A DNA stretch of 64,000 nucleotides. Origin: a virus. Its lineage: Duplodnaviria; Caudoviricetes. Positions 46,369-55,882 of this stretch are shown here, piece after piece. The stretch covers positions 21,071 through 85,070 of the IMG/VR virus record IMGVR_UViG_3300044693_000247. One strand, written 5' to 3'. Within the stretch, counting starts at the first letter, position 1. Every line of letters starts with the position of its first letter. A program made the translations under genes and the position numbers. Under the pieces are notes generated by a model. It worked only from the letters and a program-made list of their open reading frames with translations. It was not told the origin of the DNA and did not search any database.

Positions 46369-46796
46369 AGCACATGTCACCTCAGCAGCAGCGCGAGACG
46401 GTCGTGAAGATGTTCCGTGAAGCATTCCGTCGTACTGCCGACATGGACGAGGCTGCCTGGATGCTCTGGAAGGTAGCAACCGCCGACCGAGACGCCGATG
46501 TTGCCGATGCTCGGACGATCGTCGCCAAGGTCGCGGCCAACTACGGCGTCACCATGGCGCAGATCATGTCCCGCCGTGGCCACAGAACCGTATCGGCTGC
46601 GCGCCAAGAGGCGTACTGGCGCCTGAAGAACCGGCCGGTCCGGCCACTGTCGTACCCGGAGATAGCGAGCCTGTTCGGACGGAGCGACCACCAGGCGGTC
46701 ATTTATGGCGTGCGAAAGCACGAGCAACGGATAGCGGCGACTAGGGCGGCGCTGGTCGAAGGCGGCACGGGCGGATCGGACAGGAGCGCCGCATGA
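46365..46796 (+). CDS. DnaA C-terminal (domain IV)-like HTH protein
   Basis: VA.NYGVTMAQIMSRR....VSAARQ.AYW.....LSYPEIASLFGRSDHQAVIYGVRK. Confidence 0.85.
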   Translation: MKHMSPQQQRETVVKMFREAFRRTADMDEAAWMLWKVATADRDADVADARTIVAKVAANYGVTMAQIMSRRGHRTVSAARQEAYWRLKNRPVRPLSYPEIASLFGRSDHQAVIYGVRKHEQRIAATRAALVEGGTGGSDRSAA

Positions 46797-47282
46797 AGTT
46801 CTGGTCCGTGACATGGCGGGCAGATCCTCGCGCTCGAGCGATCGCTGACCGCCACTACAGCCGCCAGAAACCCGGATCGCCACAGTTCGTGCCGCCGGGC
46901 CGCTGCCTCGTGCTCTGGGGTCCGGGAGCTGCGTGGATCACGTCGTGGCCATTCGCCCGCTACGTCAAGCACGAGTGGGGGGGGGGCGTGGATCAATTCG
47001 CTGTTCCGCCGCGAGGACGGACCCCAGGCCAGCGACCTGATCCGCGAAGCCATCGCCATCACGCGCTGGCGCTGGCCCGACGTTCCGGACTTGGGGATGG
47101 TCACGTTCGTCGACGCAGAGAAGGTGCGCCGCAAGCGCGACCCCGGACGGTGCTACCGCAAGGCCGGATTTCGGCACGTGGGATTCACCAAGGGCGGCCT
47201 CTGGACGTTTCAGATGCTCCCGTCGGACATGCCAGCGCCGATGGCTCCGGTCAACCGTCTCGACCTGGAGTGTGCGGCGTGA
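46793..47282 (+). pseudogene. Putative GNAT/Mom-like DNA-modification protein interrupted by a +1 frameshift at a G10 tract
   Basis: N-half ADRHYSRQKPGSPQFVPPGRCLVL..WITSWPF and C-half WINSLFRRE...VTFVD..KVRRKRDPGRCYRKAGF join if G10 at 46977-46986 is G9. Confidence 0.7.
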
Positions 47283-47464
47283 TGTCCGAACGCACGATCC
47301 GACTGTGGCGCGACGAGCAGGCGCGCTCGCTCGCAGGGTGGAAGGAGCCCGACGGCTGGCTCGTACCGACGGAATCAGATCCCGAGGAGCGAGAGCGCAT
47401 CCGCGAACGCCTGCAGGCGCAGGTGTACACGCTGAACAAGGTACTCGGGGAGGCTGGCGCGTGA
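47282..47464 (+). CDS. Hypothetical protein
   Basis: TGATG overlap. Confidence 0.5.
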   Translation: MSERTIRLWRDEQARSLAGWKEPDGWLVPTESDPEERERIRERLQAQVYTLNKVLGEAGA

Positions 47465-48447
47465 CGCCGGAACTCGAAGCGAAGCTCGCCGGCCGGCGCG
47501 TGGTCGCATCGATCAGCGGAGGCAAGGACTCGGCCGCGATGTCGCTGTGGCTGACGGAGCAGGAAATCGAGCACGACCGGGTGTTCTGCGACACCGGCTG
47601 GGAGACGCAGGAGACGTACGACCACCTGGCGTACCTGGCCGAGAAGCTGGGGCCGATTACCTGGCTCCGCGGCGAGCGGCAGATGGAAGCGCTGGTCGAG
47701 CACAAGGGCATGTTTCCGCAACGCACGCGGCGGTTCTGCACCCAGGAGTTGAAGGTCAAGCCGATCATCGCCTATGTCCATGCGCTCCTCGACGGCGGCG
47801 CTTGCCGTGGATCGTGCGGCGGTACTGGCGATATCGGAGGCGGCCCACCGGAGGTCCAGGGCTTCGCCTGCCAGACCTGCAACGGATCGGGGCGCCGTCC
47901 GCCGGTCGACGTAATCAATGCAGTCGGCATCCGAGCGGGCGAGTCGGAGGCGCGCCGCAACATGGCTGAGTGGGAATGGTCGAAGGATTTCGACTGTGAG
48001 GTGTGGCGGCCGCTTATCGGTTGGTCGGAAGAGGACGTCATCGAGATCCACCGTCGGCACGACGTTCGGCCGAATCCTCTGTACCTGTTGGGCGCCAGCC
48101 GCGTTGGCTGCTTCCCGTGCATCTTCGCGCGCAAGGCCGAAATCCGGTTCATCGCCGACCATCATCCCGGGCAGATCGTCCGCATTCGCCAGCTCGAGGA
48201 GCGCGTGCAGGCGGCAGCGTTCAAGCGACAGGAAGCGCGTGGAGAAGGCGGCCTGTACCACCCGCCGACGTTCTTTCAGGCGCCCATCCGGGACGCCGAA
48301 GGCAAGCGTCTCCACACGCCCATCGATGAGATCGTGGCCTGGTCACGGACATCGCGCGGCGGCCGGCAAGTCGAGCTGTTCGCTGGCGGCGCCGCCGAAG
48401 AGGGCTGCATGCGCTGGGGTCTCTGCGACACCGGGAGCGCGTCATGA
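47461..48447 (+). CDS. PAPS reductase-family (DndC/CysH-like) protein
   Basis: SISGGKDS PP-loop, FCDTGWE, RFCTQELKVKP, GIRAGES..R, RPLIGWS, NPLY..GASRVGCFPC. Confidence 0.9.
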   Translation: MTPELEAKLAGRRVVASISGGKDSAAMSLWLTEQEIEHDRVFCDTGWETQETYDHLAYLAEKLGPITWLRGERQMEALVEHKGMFPQRTRRFCTQELKVKPIIAYVHALLDGGACRGSCGGTGDIGGGPPEVQGFACQTCNGSGRRPPVDVINAVGIRAGESEARRNMAEWEWSKDFDCEVWRPLIGWSEEDVIEIHRRHDVRPNPLYLLGASRVGCFPCIFARKAEIRFIADHHPGQIVRIRQLEERVQAAAFKRQEARGEGGLYHPPTFFQAPIRDAEGKRLHTPIDEIVAWSRTSRGGRQVELFAGGAAEEGCMRWGLCDTGSAS

Positions 48448-48728
48448 CCTCCGCGCCCAAGCGCCTCGATCACTGGTACCCGTGCCTGCTCAATGGCTAC
48501 TACGCCATGCCGGACGAAAATCGGCGCGTACGACTCGCAGGCTCCGTCGGTGGCAAGGACATCTACACGTCGCGGGTCGCGTCCACGTCCGGTCGCCTCG
48601 TGACGACGGAGAGCGGCAGCGTCTACGAGCTCGGCGAGGCCGATCCGGAGTGGGTGGCGTGGCTGGGGGCGCTTGGAATCGCGCTGGATGCTGAGAGGCC
48701 GATGCGGGTCGGAGGCCAGCCGCGATGA
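48444..48728 (+). CDS. Hypothetical phage protein
   Basis: G.V.G..I.TSRV......VTTESGSVYELG. Confidence 0.65.
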   Translation: MTSAPKRLDHWYPCLLNGYYAMPDENRRVRLAGSVGGKDIYTSRVASTSGRLVTTESGSVYELGEADPEWVAWLGALGIALDAERPMRVGGQPR

Positions 48729-49216
48729 GCAACCGCCTGCCGTACTCGGAGTTGCTGCGCGATTCGCGCTGGCAGCGTAAGCGCCTAGCCATCATGCAGC
48801 GCGACGACTTCCGCTGCCGCGAGTGCAGGGCGACCGACGTCTTCCTGAACGTCCACCATCGGCGTTACGGGAAGCTTCCCTGGGAGATCGAGGACCGGTA
48901 CCTGGTCACGCTCTGCGAGCCCTGCCACAAGCGCATCACGGAGTTGATGAAGCGGGCGACCGAGATCCTGTCCGAGCTGAACCTGTACGAACTGCCGATC
49001 GCGGTCGCCAGCCTCGAGCGCGTGTTCCCCGACCAGGTGGCGATCAGCCCACGCCCGGACATCGAGCTGCGCAACATCGAGGCTGAGAAGTCGATGCTGC
49101 TGGCCGCGCCGTTCTCGCGCGAGGCTAGCTTGCGCATGGAGGAACTCGACGAGCGCCGCGAGCAGATCGTGGCCGCCATCGACGCAGAAACGCAACGCAC
49201 CTACGGAGCCGCCTGA
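48725..49216 (+). CDS. HNH endonuclease
   Basis: RWQRKRL.IMQRDDFRCREC.....LNVHH..Y...PWE.....LVTLCEPCH. Confidence 0.88.
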   Translation: MSNRLPYSELLRDSRWQRKRLAIMQRDDFRCRECRATDVFLNVHHRRYGKLPWEIEDRYLVTLCEPCHKRITELMKRATEILSELNLYELPIAVASLERVFPDQVAISPRPDIELRNIEAEKSMLLAAPFSREASLRMEELDERREQIVAAIDAETQRTYGAA

Positions 49217-50170
49217 GTGTTCTTGGAGATCGACGAACACTTCCACATGCACCGCAAGAGCGTGGATCTTTGCGCGCGTCTCATGAACCCAGTGGCCTGG
49301 GCGTACGTCCAGAAGCTCTGGGCGTGGGCCTGCGGAAACGCCAAGGATGGCGACCTCACGGACTGCACGCCGGGCGCCATCGAGTTCATCGTCGGGTGGC
49401 ACCTGGCCGACGGCAAGTTCTACGACGCCTGCGTGGCGGTCGGGTTCATTGACGAGGACAGGGACGACGCCGGGAAGGTGACCGCTAGGAGAATCCACAA
49501 CTGGATGAAGCGAACGGGCGCGGCGATCGCACGCATGCAGGCGGCCGCCGAGGCGTCCAAGAAGCGGAAAAAGGACTGGAGGGAACGCAACAAGAGACAA
49601 AAGGGAACGCGTGACGGAACGCCAGGGGGACGCGACGAGGACGGAACAGAGCTGTTAACCGATGGGACAGACTCCGTTCCGGAACGTGAGAAGAACGCTG
49701 ATGGGACGCACCAAGACAAGTCTAGTCAAGGCAAGGCAAGTCAAGACAAGGCCAAGCAAGATCAGGGGGGGTTAGATCCCGCCCCGCTCGCGAAATCGTC
49801 GCACTGGTCCGCCCTCGAGTGGCTCCGGAAGTTTGGCATCGCGTGGGCTCGGCAGTACCAGACCGCCAGCTACGGCCGTGGAGACAGCGACGCGAAGGCG
49901 ATACGGGATCTCGACGACCTCCTGGCGACCCTGACCGAAGGCGAGCGCATCGAGGCGCAGACCAACGCCAGCCAGATAATCGGCCGGTACTTGGCGGACA
50001 AGGCGGCGGCGCAAGCGAAGCACCCGTTCAAGTGGTTCGCCGAGCGCTTCAATGGCTTGCGCATCCCGCCGGCTGCAGCGCGGCGGGATCCCGTGATCGC
50101 GACAGCGGTTGCCGCGTCTGGCGGCCGTCCCTACCTGCCGCCGAAGGAGGCCACCGGTGGCGCTCGCTGA
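49217..50170 (+). CDS. Phage replication initiator/replisome organiser
   Basis: N-terminal winged-helix-type region (KLWAW...DGDL...GFID...IHNW), basic RKK helix, low-complexity linker; upstream of primase-helicase. Confidence 0.7.
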   Translation: MFLEIDEHFHMHRKSVDLCARLMNPVAWAYVQKLWAWACGNAKDGDLTDCTPGAIEFIVGWHLADGKFYDACVAVGFIDEDRDDAGKVTARRIHNWMKRTGAAIARMQAAAEASKKRKKDWRERNKRQKGTRDGTPGGRDEDGTELLTDGTDSVPEREKNADGTHQDKSSQGKASQDKAKQDQGGLDPAPLAKSSHWSALEWLRKFGIAWARQYQTASYGRGDSDAKAIRDLDDLLATLTEGERIEAQTNASQIIGRYLADKAAAQAKHPFKWFAERFNGLRIPPAAARRDPVIATAVAASGGRPYLPPKEATGGAR

Positions 50171-51944
50171 GATCCTGCAACGACTGGCCGATCACCGGCT
50201 GAAACCGGCCGGCGACGGTCGCTGGATGGCGCTCTGCCCTGCACACGGAGATCGCACGCCGAGCCTGTCTGTGGCCCGGGGGACCGGCGGTAAAGCTCTC
50301 GTCCACTGCCACGCGGGATGTACCGCCGAGTCGGTCATGAGCGCGATCGGACTCGGGATCGGAGACCTGTTCGACGGCGACGACCGCAAGGAGGCCCGAG
50401 AGACGCTGCCGCCGGACAAGTGGCCTGTGACCGCCACGTACACGTACGAGGACGCCTCTGGCAAGCCGCTCTATCGCGTGCTCCGCAAGACCAGCCAGGA
50501 CAGCGGGAACAAGACCTTCCGCCAGGAGCGGTTCTCGGACGGCCGGTGGCTGCCCGGCATGGAGGGCGTGGAGCGCGTGCTTTACGGTATGCCACGCCTG
50601 GCGGATCCGGAACTCGCCGACGAGACGGTGTTCCTGGCGGAGGGCGAGCGCGACGCCGACAACCTGACCGCGATCGGAGTACTGGCGACCACGAACGTCG
50701 GCGGTGCCGGCAAGTGGCTTCCGCAGTACAGCGAGTCGCTGCGAAAGCGCAACGTCGTCATCCTTCCGGACAACGACGATCCCGGAGAGAAGCACGCCGC
50801 AGTCGTCGGCGACGCATTGAATGGGACCGCCGCCAGCGTCCGGGTGCTTCGCCTTCCGGGCCTGCCACCGAAGGGCGACGTCACCGACTGGATTGGGAAC
50901 GGAGGGACCGCCGAGCAGCTCCGCGCGATGGTTGAACGGTTGGCCAAGGGAGCGTCGTTCATGCCATCGCCGAAGCGGTTGGTCGGCGAGCGCGCCGACC
51001 GCATTCACGCCGGCCGACACCTGCTCTCGTTCGGAGTGAAGTTCCTCGACGATGCTCTCGGTGGAATCACGCGCCGCGACCTGATCCTGCTCGGTGCGAA
51101 GACCGGTGCCGGCAAGACGCAGCTCGCGCTCAACATCGCGATTGCCAACTGCCGCGCGAACCGCAAGGTCCACTACTTCGCGCTCGAGGCCGAGGAGCGC
51201 GAGATGGAGAGGCGGATGAAGTTTCAAATCCTCGCCGATGCCTACTATCGCGAGGCCATGGCGGCAGAGCGGCTGCGATTCATTGACTGGTACAACGGCA
51301 AGCTCGATGGCGTGCTGGCGTACTTCGAGGATCGCGCCGATCGAGAGGTCGCGGACCTGACGCGGAACCTGCACACGTTCTACCGCGTGGACAGCTTCAC
51401 AGGCTCCGACTTCTCGAAGCAGCTCGACGCGATCCGCGAGGACACCGATCTCGTGGTGCTTGACCACTTCCACTATGTCGACTCCGAGGACACGAACGAG
51501 AACCGGGCGGCGAAGAACCTTGTCAAGCAGATAAGGGACTGCGCGCTCCGCGCTGACCGGCCCGTGCTGGTGGTCGCCCACGTCCGCAAGTCAGATCCGC
51601 GCTATGCACCGCTCGTTCCGACCGAGGAGGCGTTCCACGGCTCCAGCGACCTCGTGAAGATCGTGACCAAGGCGATCATGCTGGCGCCCGACTACGAGAC
51701 GCAGACCGGCGACCCGTCGCTGTGGGCGACCTACATGCAGATCGTGAAGTGTCGCCAGGACAGCACGCTGACGAGATTCGTTGCGCGCCTGACCTACGAC
51801 ACGCGAATGGATGCCTACCGTCCAGAGTATTCGCTCGGGCGTCTGACCGACGGCGGACGGATGTGGGAACCGATCCCGCCGTACTCGATGCCGAGATGGG
51901 CGGAGCAGCATCGGGTGCAACCGGACTTTCCGATCATCGACTGA
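50157..51944 (+). CDS. Primase-helicase (Zn-binding domain + TOPRIM + DnaB-like SF4 helicase)
   Basis: CPAHGDRTPSL...HCHAGC, VFLAEGERDA, ILPDNDDPG, GAKTGAGKT Walker A, VVLDH Walker B. Confidence 0.92.
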   Translation: MALAEILQRLADHRLKPAGDGRWMALCPAHGDRTPSLSVARGTGGKALVHCHAGCTAESVMSAIGLGIGDLFDGDDRKEARETLPPDKWPVTATYTYEDASGKPLYRVLRKTSQDSGNKTFRQERFSDGRWLPGMEGVERVLYGMPRLADPELADETVFLAEGERDADNLTAIGVLATTNVGGAGKWLPQYSESLRKRNVVILPDNDDPGEKHAAVVGDALNGTAASVRVLRLPGLPPKGDVTDWIGNGGTAEQLRAMVERLAKGASFMPSPKRLVGERADRIHAGRHLLSFGVKFLDDALGGITRRDLILLGAKTGAGKTQLALNIAIANCRANRKVHYFALEAEEREMERRMKFQILADAYYREAMAAERLRFIDWYNGKLDGVLAYFEDRADREVADLTRNLHTFYRVDSFTGSDFSKQLDAIREDTDLVVLDHFHYVDSEDTNENRAAKNLVKQIRDCALRADRPVLVVAHVRKSDPRYAPLVPTEEAFHGSSDLVKIVTKAIMLAPDYETQTGDPSLWATYMQIVKCRQDSTLTRFVARLTYDTRMDAYRPEYSLGRLTDGGRMWEPIPPYSMPRWAEQHRVQPDFPIID

Positions 51945-51955
51945 AAGGACAACCC

Positions 51956-52738
51956 ATGTTCGAGCTCCAGTGCGAAGCCGCGATCGAGAACGTCACCATC
52001 AAGGCCAAGGTCGGCAAGATCGGCACCGTCATGAAGCGATGCCGGATCAAGCTCTCGCGCGAGTTCGATGCCTTGATCGCGCGGGCCATCGGCGGTGACG
52101 CGCTCGACTTCCTCGAGAGCGTGTCGTCGGGCGCCGTGGAGAAGGTGGTCATGCCGATCGACGCCGTGGTGGCCGAGGGGACGCTGCGAGCGCTCGGCGG
52201 CGAGCAGGTCACGATCAAGGCGCTCTACGGCGTGAAGGCGACGGCAACCGCTCCGAAGGAGGATGAGGACCCGCCGCTCATCCGGATGGAATTCGACTTC
52301 GGCTACGACGGTGAGGTGTGGCGGTTCCTCGGCGACCACGCCGGAGCCGTGGCGAGCGTAACGATCACGCCGGCGCAGTTGGAGATACCGGGAACGAAGG
52401 AAAGCGCCGTCGACCGCGCAGCGCGGGCCTTCGTGGACTCGCTGCCGAAGGGGACGAAAGTGACAGCGACCGTGGCGGGGAAGAGCTTCGAGATGGGCGT
52501 TGGCGGCGGAGATCCGGACGACGACGAGGACGAACAAGACGACGACGACCTCGACCCGCAGGACGCCGCAACGCCCGAGGAGGCGGAACGCATCCGCGAG
52601 GAACGCCTGCAGCGCGAGGCCGCCGAGGCGCTGGTGGCCGATGCCGAAGGCGACGCTCTGCCGGAGGCCGGGACCAAGCGCGGGCTGGTGGTCCCGATGA
52701 ACGGGCCGAGGCCGCGGCGGCACGGGAAGGCGAGCTGA
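51956..52738 (+). CDS. Hypothetical protein with acidic C-terminus
   Basis: RBS AAAGGA. Confidence 0.7.
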   Translation: MFELQCEAAIENVTIKAKVGKIGTVMKRCRIKLSREFDALIARAIGGDALDFLESVSSGAVEKVVMPIDAVVAEGTLRALGGEQVTIKALYGVKATATAPKEDEDPPLIRMEFDFGYDGEVWRFLGDHAGAVASVTITPAQLEIPGTKESAVDRAARAFVDSLPKGTKVTATVAGKSFEMGVGGGDPDDDEDEQDDDDLDPQDAATPEEAERIREERLQREAAEALVADAEGDALPEAGTKRGLVVPMNGPRPRRHGKAS

Positions 52739-53048
52739 CCGTGAACGAGTTTCCGAAAGCCGAGGCGGGAGGTGCAGGCGGCGGGGCTGCCGCCGGTGCC
52801 GACGATCGCCGTGAGGTAGGCGCTGGTCGACGCGCCGCCGGGGGCCGCGACGGGGCTGATCACCTCGACGCGGGTTCGGCCTCCCCGGTCAAGTCGGCCG
52901 TTCGAGAGGCGGCGCGAATGATTGTGTTCGACCGCCGGCGGGGCTGCGACCCGGTGAGCACGCAGCGGTGGATTCGGATCGGGTTCCGTGGGGTGTCGTT
53001 GCTCGCGGCGTACCGGGAGGCGAGCGCGATCGAAGGGCAGGCGCACCG

Positions 53049-53396
53049 ATGACCTTCATCGCCGTCTGCGGCGGCCGCAAGTACGCCAACTTCAACGCCG
53101 TCCGCTCTGCGCTCCTCGCCGTTCAGCGCGAGCTTGCCGACGAGATCGTGGCTGTGCACGGCGCCGCCACCGGAGCCGATTCGCTGGCGGACGCAGCCGC
53201 TCGGCAGCTCGCGATGCAGCCGATCGCGGTCCCGGCATTGTGGAGCGTATGGAAGGACAGCGCCGGACCGCGACGAAACGCAGTGATCGCCAAGCTGCCG
53301 ATCCGGTTGCTGCTGGCGTTCCCGGGGAACACGGGGACGGCGGACATGGTCGATAAGGCGAAGGCGGCTGGGATCGAGGTGCGGGAATGCGGGTGA
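53049..53396 (+). CDS. SLOG family (DUF2493/YspA-like) protein
   Basis: AVCGGRKY, VHGAATGADSLA, AGPRRN..I, LAFPG..GTADMV. Confidence 0.9.
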   Translation: MTFIAVCGGRKYANFNAVRSALLAVQRELADEIVAVHGAATGADSLADAAARQLAMQPIAVPALWSVWKDSAGPRRNAVIAKLPIRLLLAFPGNTGTADMVDKAKAAGIEVRECG

Positions 53397-53929
53397 TCTC
53401 GCTGCTGCAACCGTGGGCATCGCTCTGGCTTGCGGGCGCTCCGATCGGCAAGGGCATCGAAACCCGATCGTGGGGAACGAAGTACCGCGGCGTGGTCGCC
53501 GTCCACGCGAGCAAGACGATGGACGAGGAGACGCTCAAGCTCTGCTACACGTCGCCCTTCCGGGAGGCGCTCACGTCGCTGGGCTTCGACACCGCCTCGC
53601 AATTGCCGCTCGGAAAGGTGCTGGGGACCGTGGTGTTGACGGGGTGCCTGCGGATGTCGCAGACGTACACCCAGGAGATCGTCAACAGGCACCATCAGGA
53701 CGCGACGATCTCCGTCATCGACGATCCGAGGCTCACGGTTCGCGAGCGAGCCTTCGGAAATTACGCGCCTGGCCGATACGCCTGGATAACGGCGCCCGAT
53801 CCGCGCGTGCGCCTCGCGGATCCGATCCCCATGCGCGGATCGCAGGGGCTGCGGAAACTGGTGCCCGAGATCGCCGAGCGCATCGCAAGGGCGGATACGG
53901 TGCCGGCTGCGCCGAGGAGGTCAGCTTGA
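53387..53929 (+). CDS. ASCH domain protein
   Basis: ISLLQPWASL...KGIETRSW.T.YRG.VAVHAS; LPLG.VLG.V; GNY.PGRYAW; G.QGL. Confidence 0.9.
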   Translation: MRVISLLQPWASLWLAGAPIGKGIETRSWGTKYRGVVAVHASKTMDEETLKLCYTSPFREALTSLGFDTASQLPLGKVLGTVVLTGCLRMSQTYTQEIVNRHHQDATISVIDDPRLTVRERAFGNYAPGRYAWITAPDPRVRLADPIPMRGSQGLRKLVPEIAERIARADTVPAAPRRSA

Positions 53930-54168
53930 GCGCCGCCACCTCCCCGTTCGAGTTCGCCGACGGACGCATCCAGGACGTCACGCACGATCTGGCCAAGCGG
54001 CTGGTCCGCCTCGTGCGACTGGTGGCGAAGTCCGGCGTCGACGATCGCCTGATCGAGGAGGCGCGACAGATCGCGTCCGAACTGGACGTTCGGCGCCATC
54101 GTCGGATCGGGCCGACGCTGCGCGAGGCGCGACGCAGGCGAACCAAGCAAGGAGGCACGACACGATGA
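53926..54168 (+). CDS. Hypothetical protein
   Basis: Coupled ORF (TTG start). Confidence 0.4.
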   Translation: MSAATSPFEFADGRIQDVTHDLAKRLVRLVRLVAKSGVDDRLIEEARQIASELDVRRHRRIGPTLREARRRRTKQGGTTR

Positions 54169-54494
54169 GATACGCACTGTCCGGAACGATCTTCTTCCTG
54201 GCCCTGATCTTCGGCATCACCTGGGCCGTCCAGGGCAACGATTTCTTTCTCTACAAGGTGTTCGCGCCGAAGTACGAGGCGGCCCGGCGGCAGACCTTCG
54301 AGGAGTCGAAAGCCTACAACGAAGGCATGGCGCAAGAGCTTGCCGCCGCCGAGCTGGACTACGCGAAGGCGAACGCCGAGCAGAAGGCCGCGATACGGTC
54401 GGTCCTGATCCAGCGCTACGCCGGATACGACACCACGCGGTTGCCGCCGGATCTGCGGCAGTTCCTCGACACCCTCAAAGGAGACTCCCGATGA
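54165..54494 (+). CDS. N-terminally anchored membrane protein
   Basis: TM helix then FAPKYEAARRQTFEESKAYNEG. Confidence 0.75.
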   Translation: MRYALSGTIFFLALIFGITWAVQGNDFFLYKVFAPKYEAARRQTFEESKAYNEGMAQELAAAELDYAKANAEQKAAIRSVLIQRYAGYDTTRLPPDLRQFLDTLKGDSR

Positions 54495-55003
54495 AAGCGC
54501 TCGCCCGTCTCGTTCCCGCCATCGTCGCTGTGCCGTTGCTGCTGGTCTGCATGGGGGCCAACTCTTGCGACGTCGGCCCATCTGCTGACGACGTTCAGCG
54601 GGCGCAGCAGGAGCGGATCCTGCGCGAAGGCACGTCCGAGATCGGCATGCCGGCGATCAAGAACTTCCGCGAGCGGCGCTTGCTCAAGCAGATCCTCGAA
54701 CTGCGCGACCAGGCCGATCTCGTGACGTACACGTACACCTACTCGGAGATGACCGGGAAGCTGGTCTTCTTCTGCACGAGCATCGGCTACGGCATCCCGT
54801 ATGCGACGCAGTTCACGAATCCGCAGAAGACGGACATGGGCCGCGAGGGAATCACGACGCTGGCGCAGGCGGATCCCAACGGGCTGTTCTCGCCGGCATC
54901 GGCTGAAGGGACCTGGGTCATGTGCAAGGACCCGAAGGCCGATAGCGTGCGCCCGGTGTATGTGGAGCCTCGCGTGGTTGTCTCGCCGTTCGCGCTGCAA
55001 TGA
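54491..55003 (+). CDS. Conserved-type phage lipoprotein
   Basis: Lipobox-like ANSC; GMPAIKNFRERR, SIGYGIPYATQFTNP, QADPNGLFSP.SAEGTWVMC. Confidence 0.8.
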   Translation: MKALARLVPAIVAVPLLLVCMGANSCDVGPSADDVQRAQQERILREGTSEIGMPAIKNFRERRLLKQILELRDQADLVTYTYTYSEMTGKLVFFCTSIGYGIPYATQFTNPQKTDMGREGITTLAQADPNGLFSPASAEGTWVMCKDPKADSVRPVYVEPRVVVSPFALQ

Positions 55004-55127
55004 CACGCCTTCAGGCACAATCGACCGTCTCCGGCCCCCACCGCGGTCGTCGCCCCCTCTCCCTCCTCTTTTGCGGAGCCGTGGCGCTGGCGATCTTGGC
55101 GGTGGGACGCGTGATGTTGGAGGGGAT

Positions 55128-55658
55128 GTGACAGCGAAGCCGCGCAAGATGCCGCGCCAGAAGCCTCACCGATCGGAGCAGGCCGTTGGCACGCCGCCGG
55201 AGTTCATGAACGCTGTCGCGAGCAGGTTCGGTCAACCAAAGTGGGATCTTGCGGCCAACGCTGAGAACAGCGTGTGCGGACCTCTGTTCTACGGACCGGG
55301 AGGCAGGTACGAGAACGATTCGCTCTCATTTTCGTGGTCACGCGACCATCGTGGACAACTACTTTGGCTCAACCCGCCATATTCCAACATCTCGCCCTGG
55401 GCGCAGAAGTGCGCCGAGGAGAGCGCGAAGGGGGCGCGCATCCTCTTCCTGGTTCCGGCGTCCGTCGGCTCGGCCTGGTTCAACGATTGGGTGCGGCCGT
55501 TCGCGTATGTGCTTGAGCTATCGCCGCGAATCCGCTTCCGAGGCCACGAGACGGGCTATCCCAAAGACCTCATTCTCGCCGTCTACACCCGCGAGCGCTT
55601 CATCGGCCGTGCTCCATGGCGCTGGGACACCGACTTCGACGGGATGACGACGCGATGA
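55128..55658 (+). CDS. Phage DNA N6-adenine methyltransferase (Dam_phage type)
   Basis: TPPEF, WDLAA, WLNPPYS.I.PW..K, FLVPAS.GSAWF, RIRF. Confidence 0.88.
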   Translation: MTAKPRKMPRQKPHRSEQAVGTPPEFMNAVASRFGQPKWDLAANAENSVCGPLFYGPGGRYENDSLSFSWSRDHRGQLLWLNPPYSNISPWAQKCAEESAKGARILFLVPASVGSAWFNDWVRPFAYVLELSPRIRFRGHETGYPKDLILAVYTRERFIGRAPWRWDTDFDGMTTR

Positions 55659-55882
55659 AGACGATCCTCTGGCTCATTTTCGCGCCATCTGCCGCGCCCC
55701 ACGATCCCGGCCGATGGGGCGTCCGTCCCTACGACATCACCAAGGGCAACGGCTCCGGGGACTGGTGCGGGCCCAGGATCGAGGCGTCCTCTCTGGAGTC
55801 GGCGCGGAGGCTCCTGCCGGTGAGGGCGGAAAGAGTGGTGGTTGGGGACGAGATTCCGCGGGTTGCGGAGGCGTGGTGCTAG
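55655..55882 (+). CDS. Hypothetical protein
   Basis: ATGA overlap. Confidence 0.45.
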   Translation: MKTILWLIFAPSAAPHDPGRWGVRPYDITKGNGSGDWCGPRIEASSLESARRLLPVRAERVVVGDEIPRVAEAWC

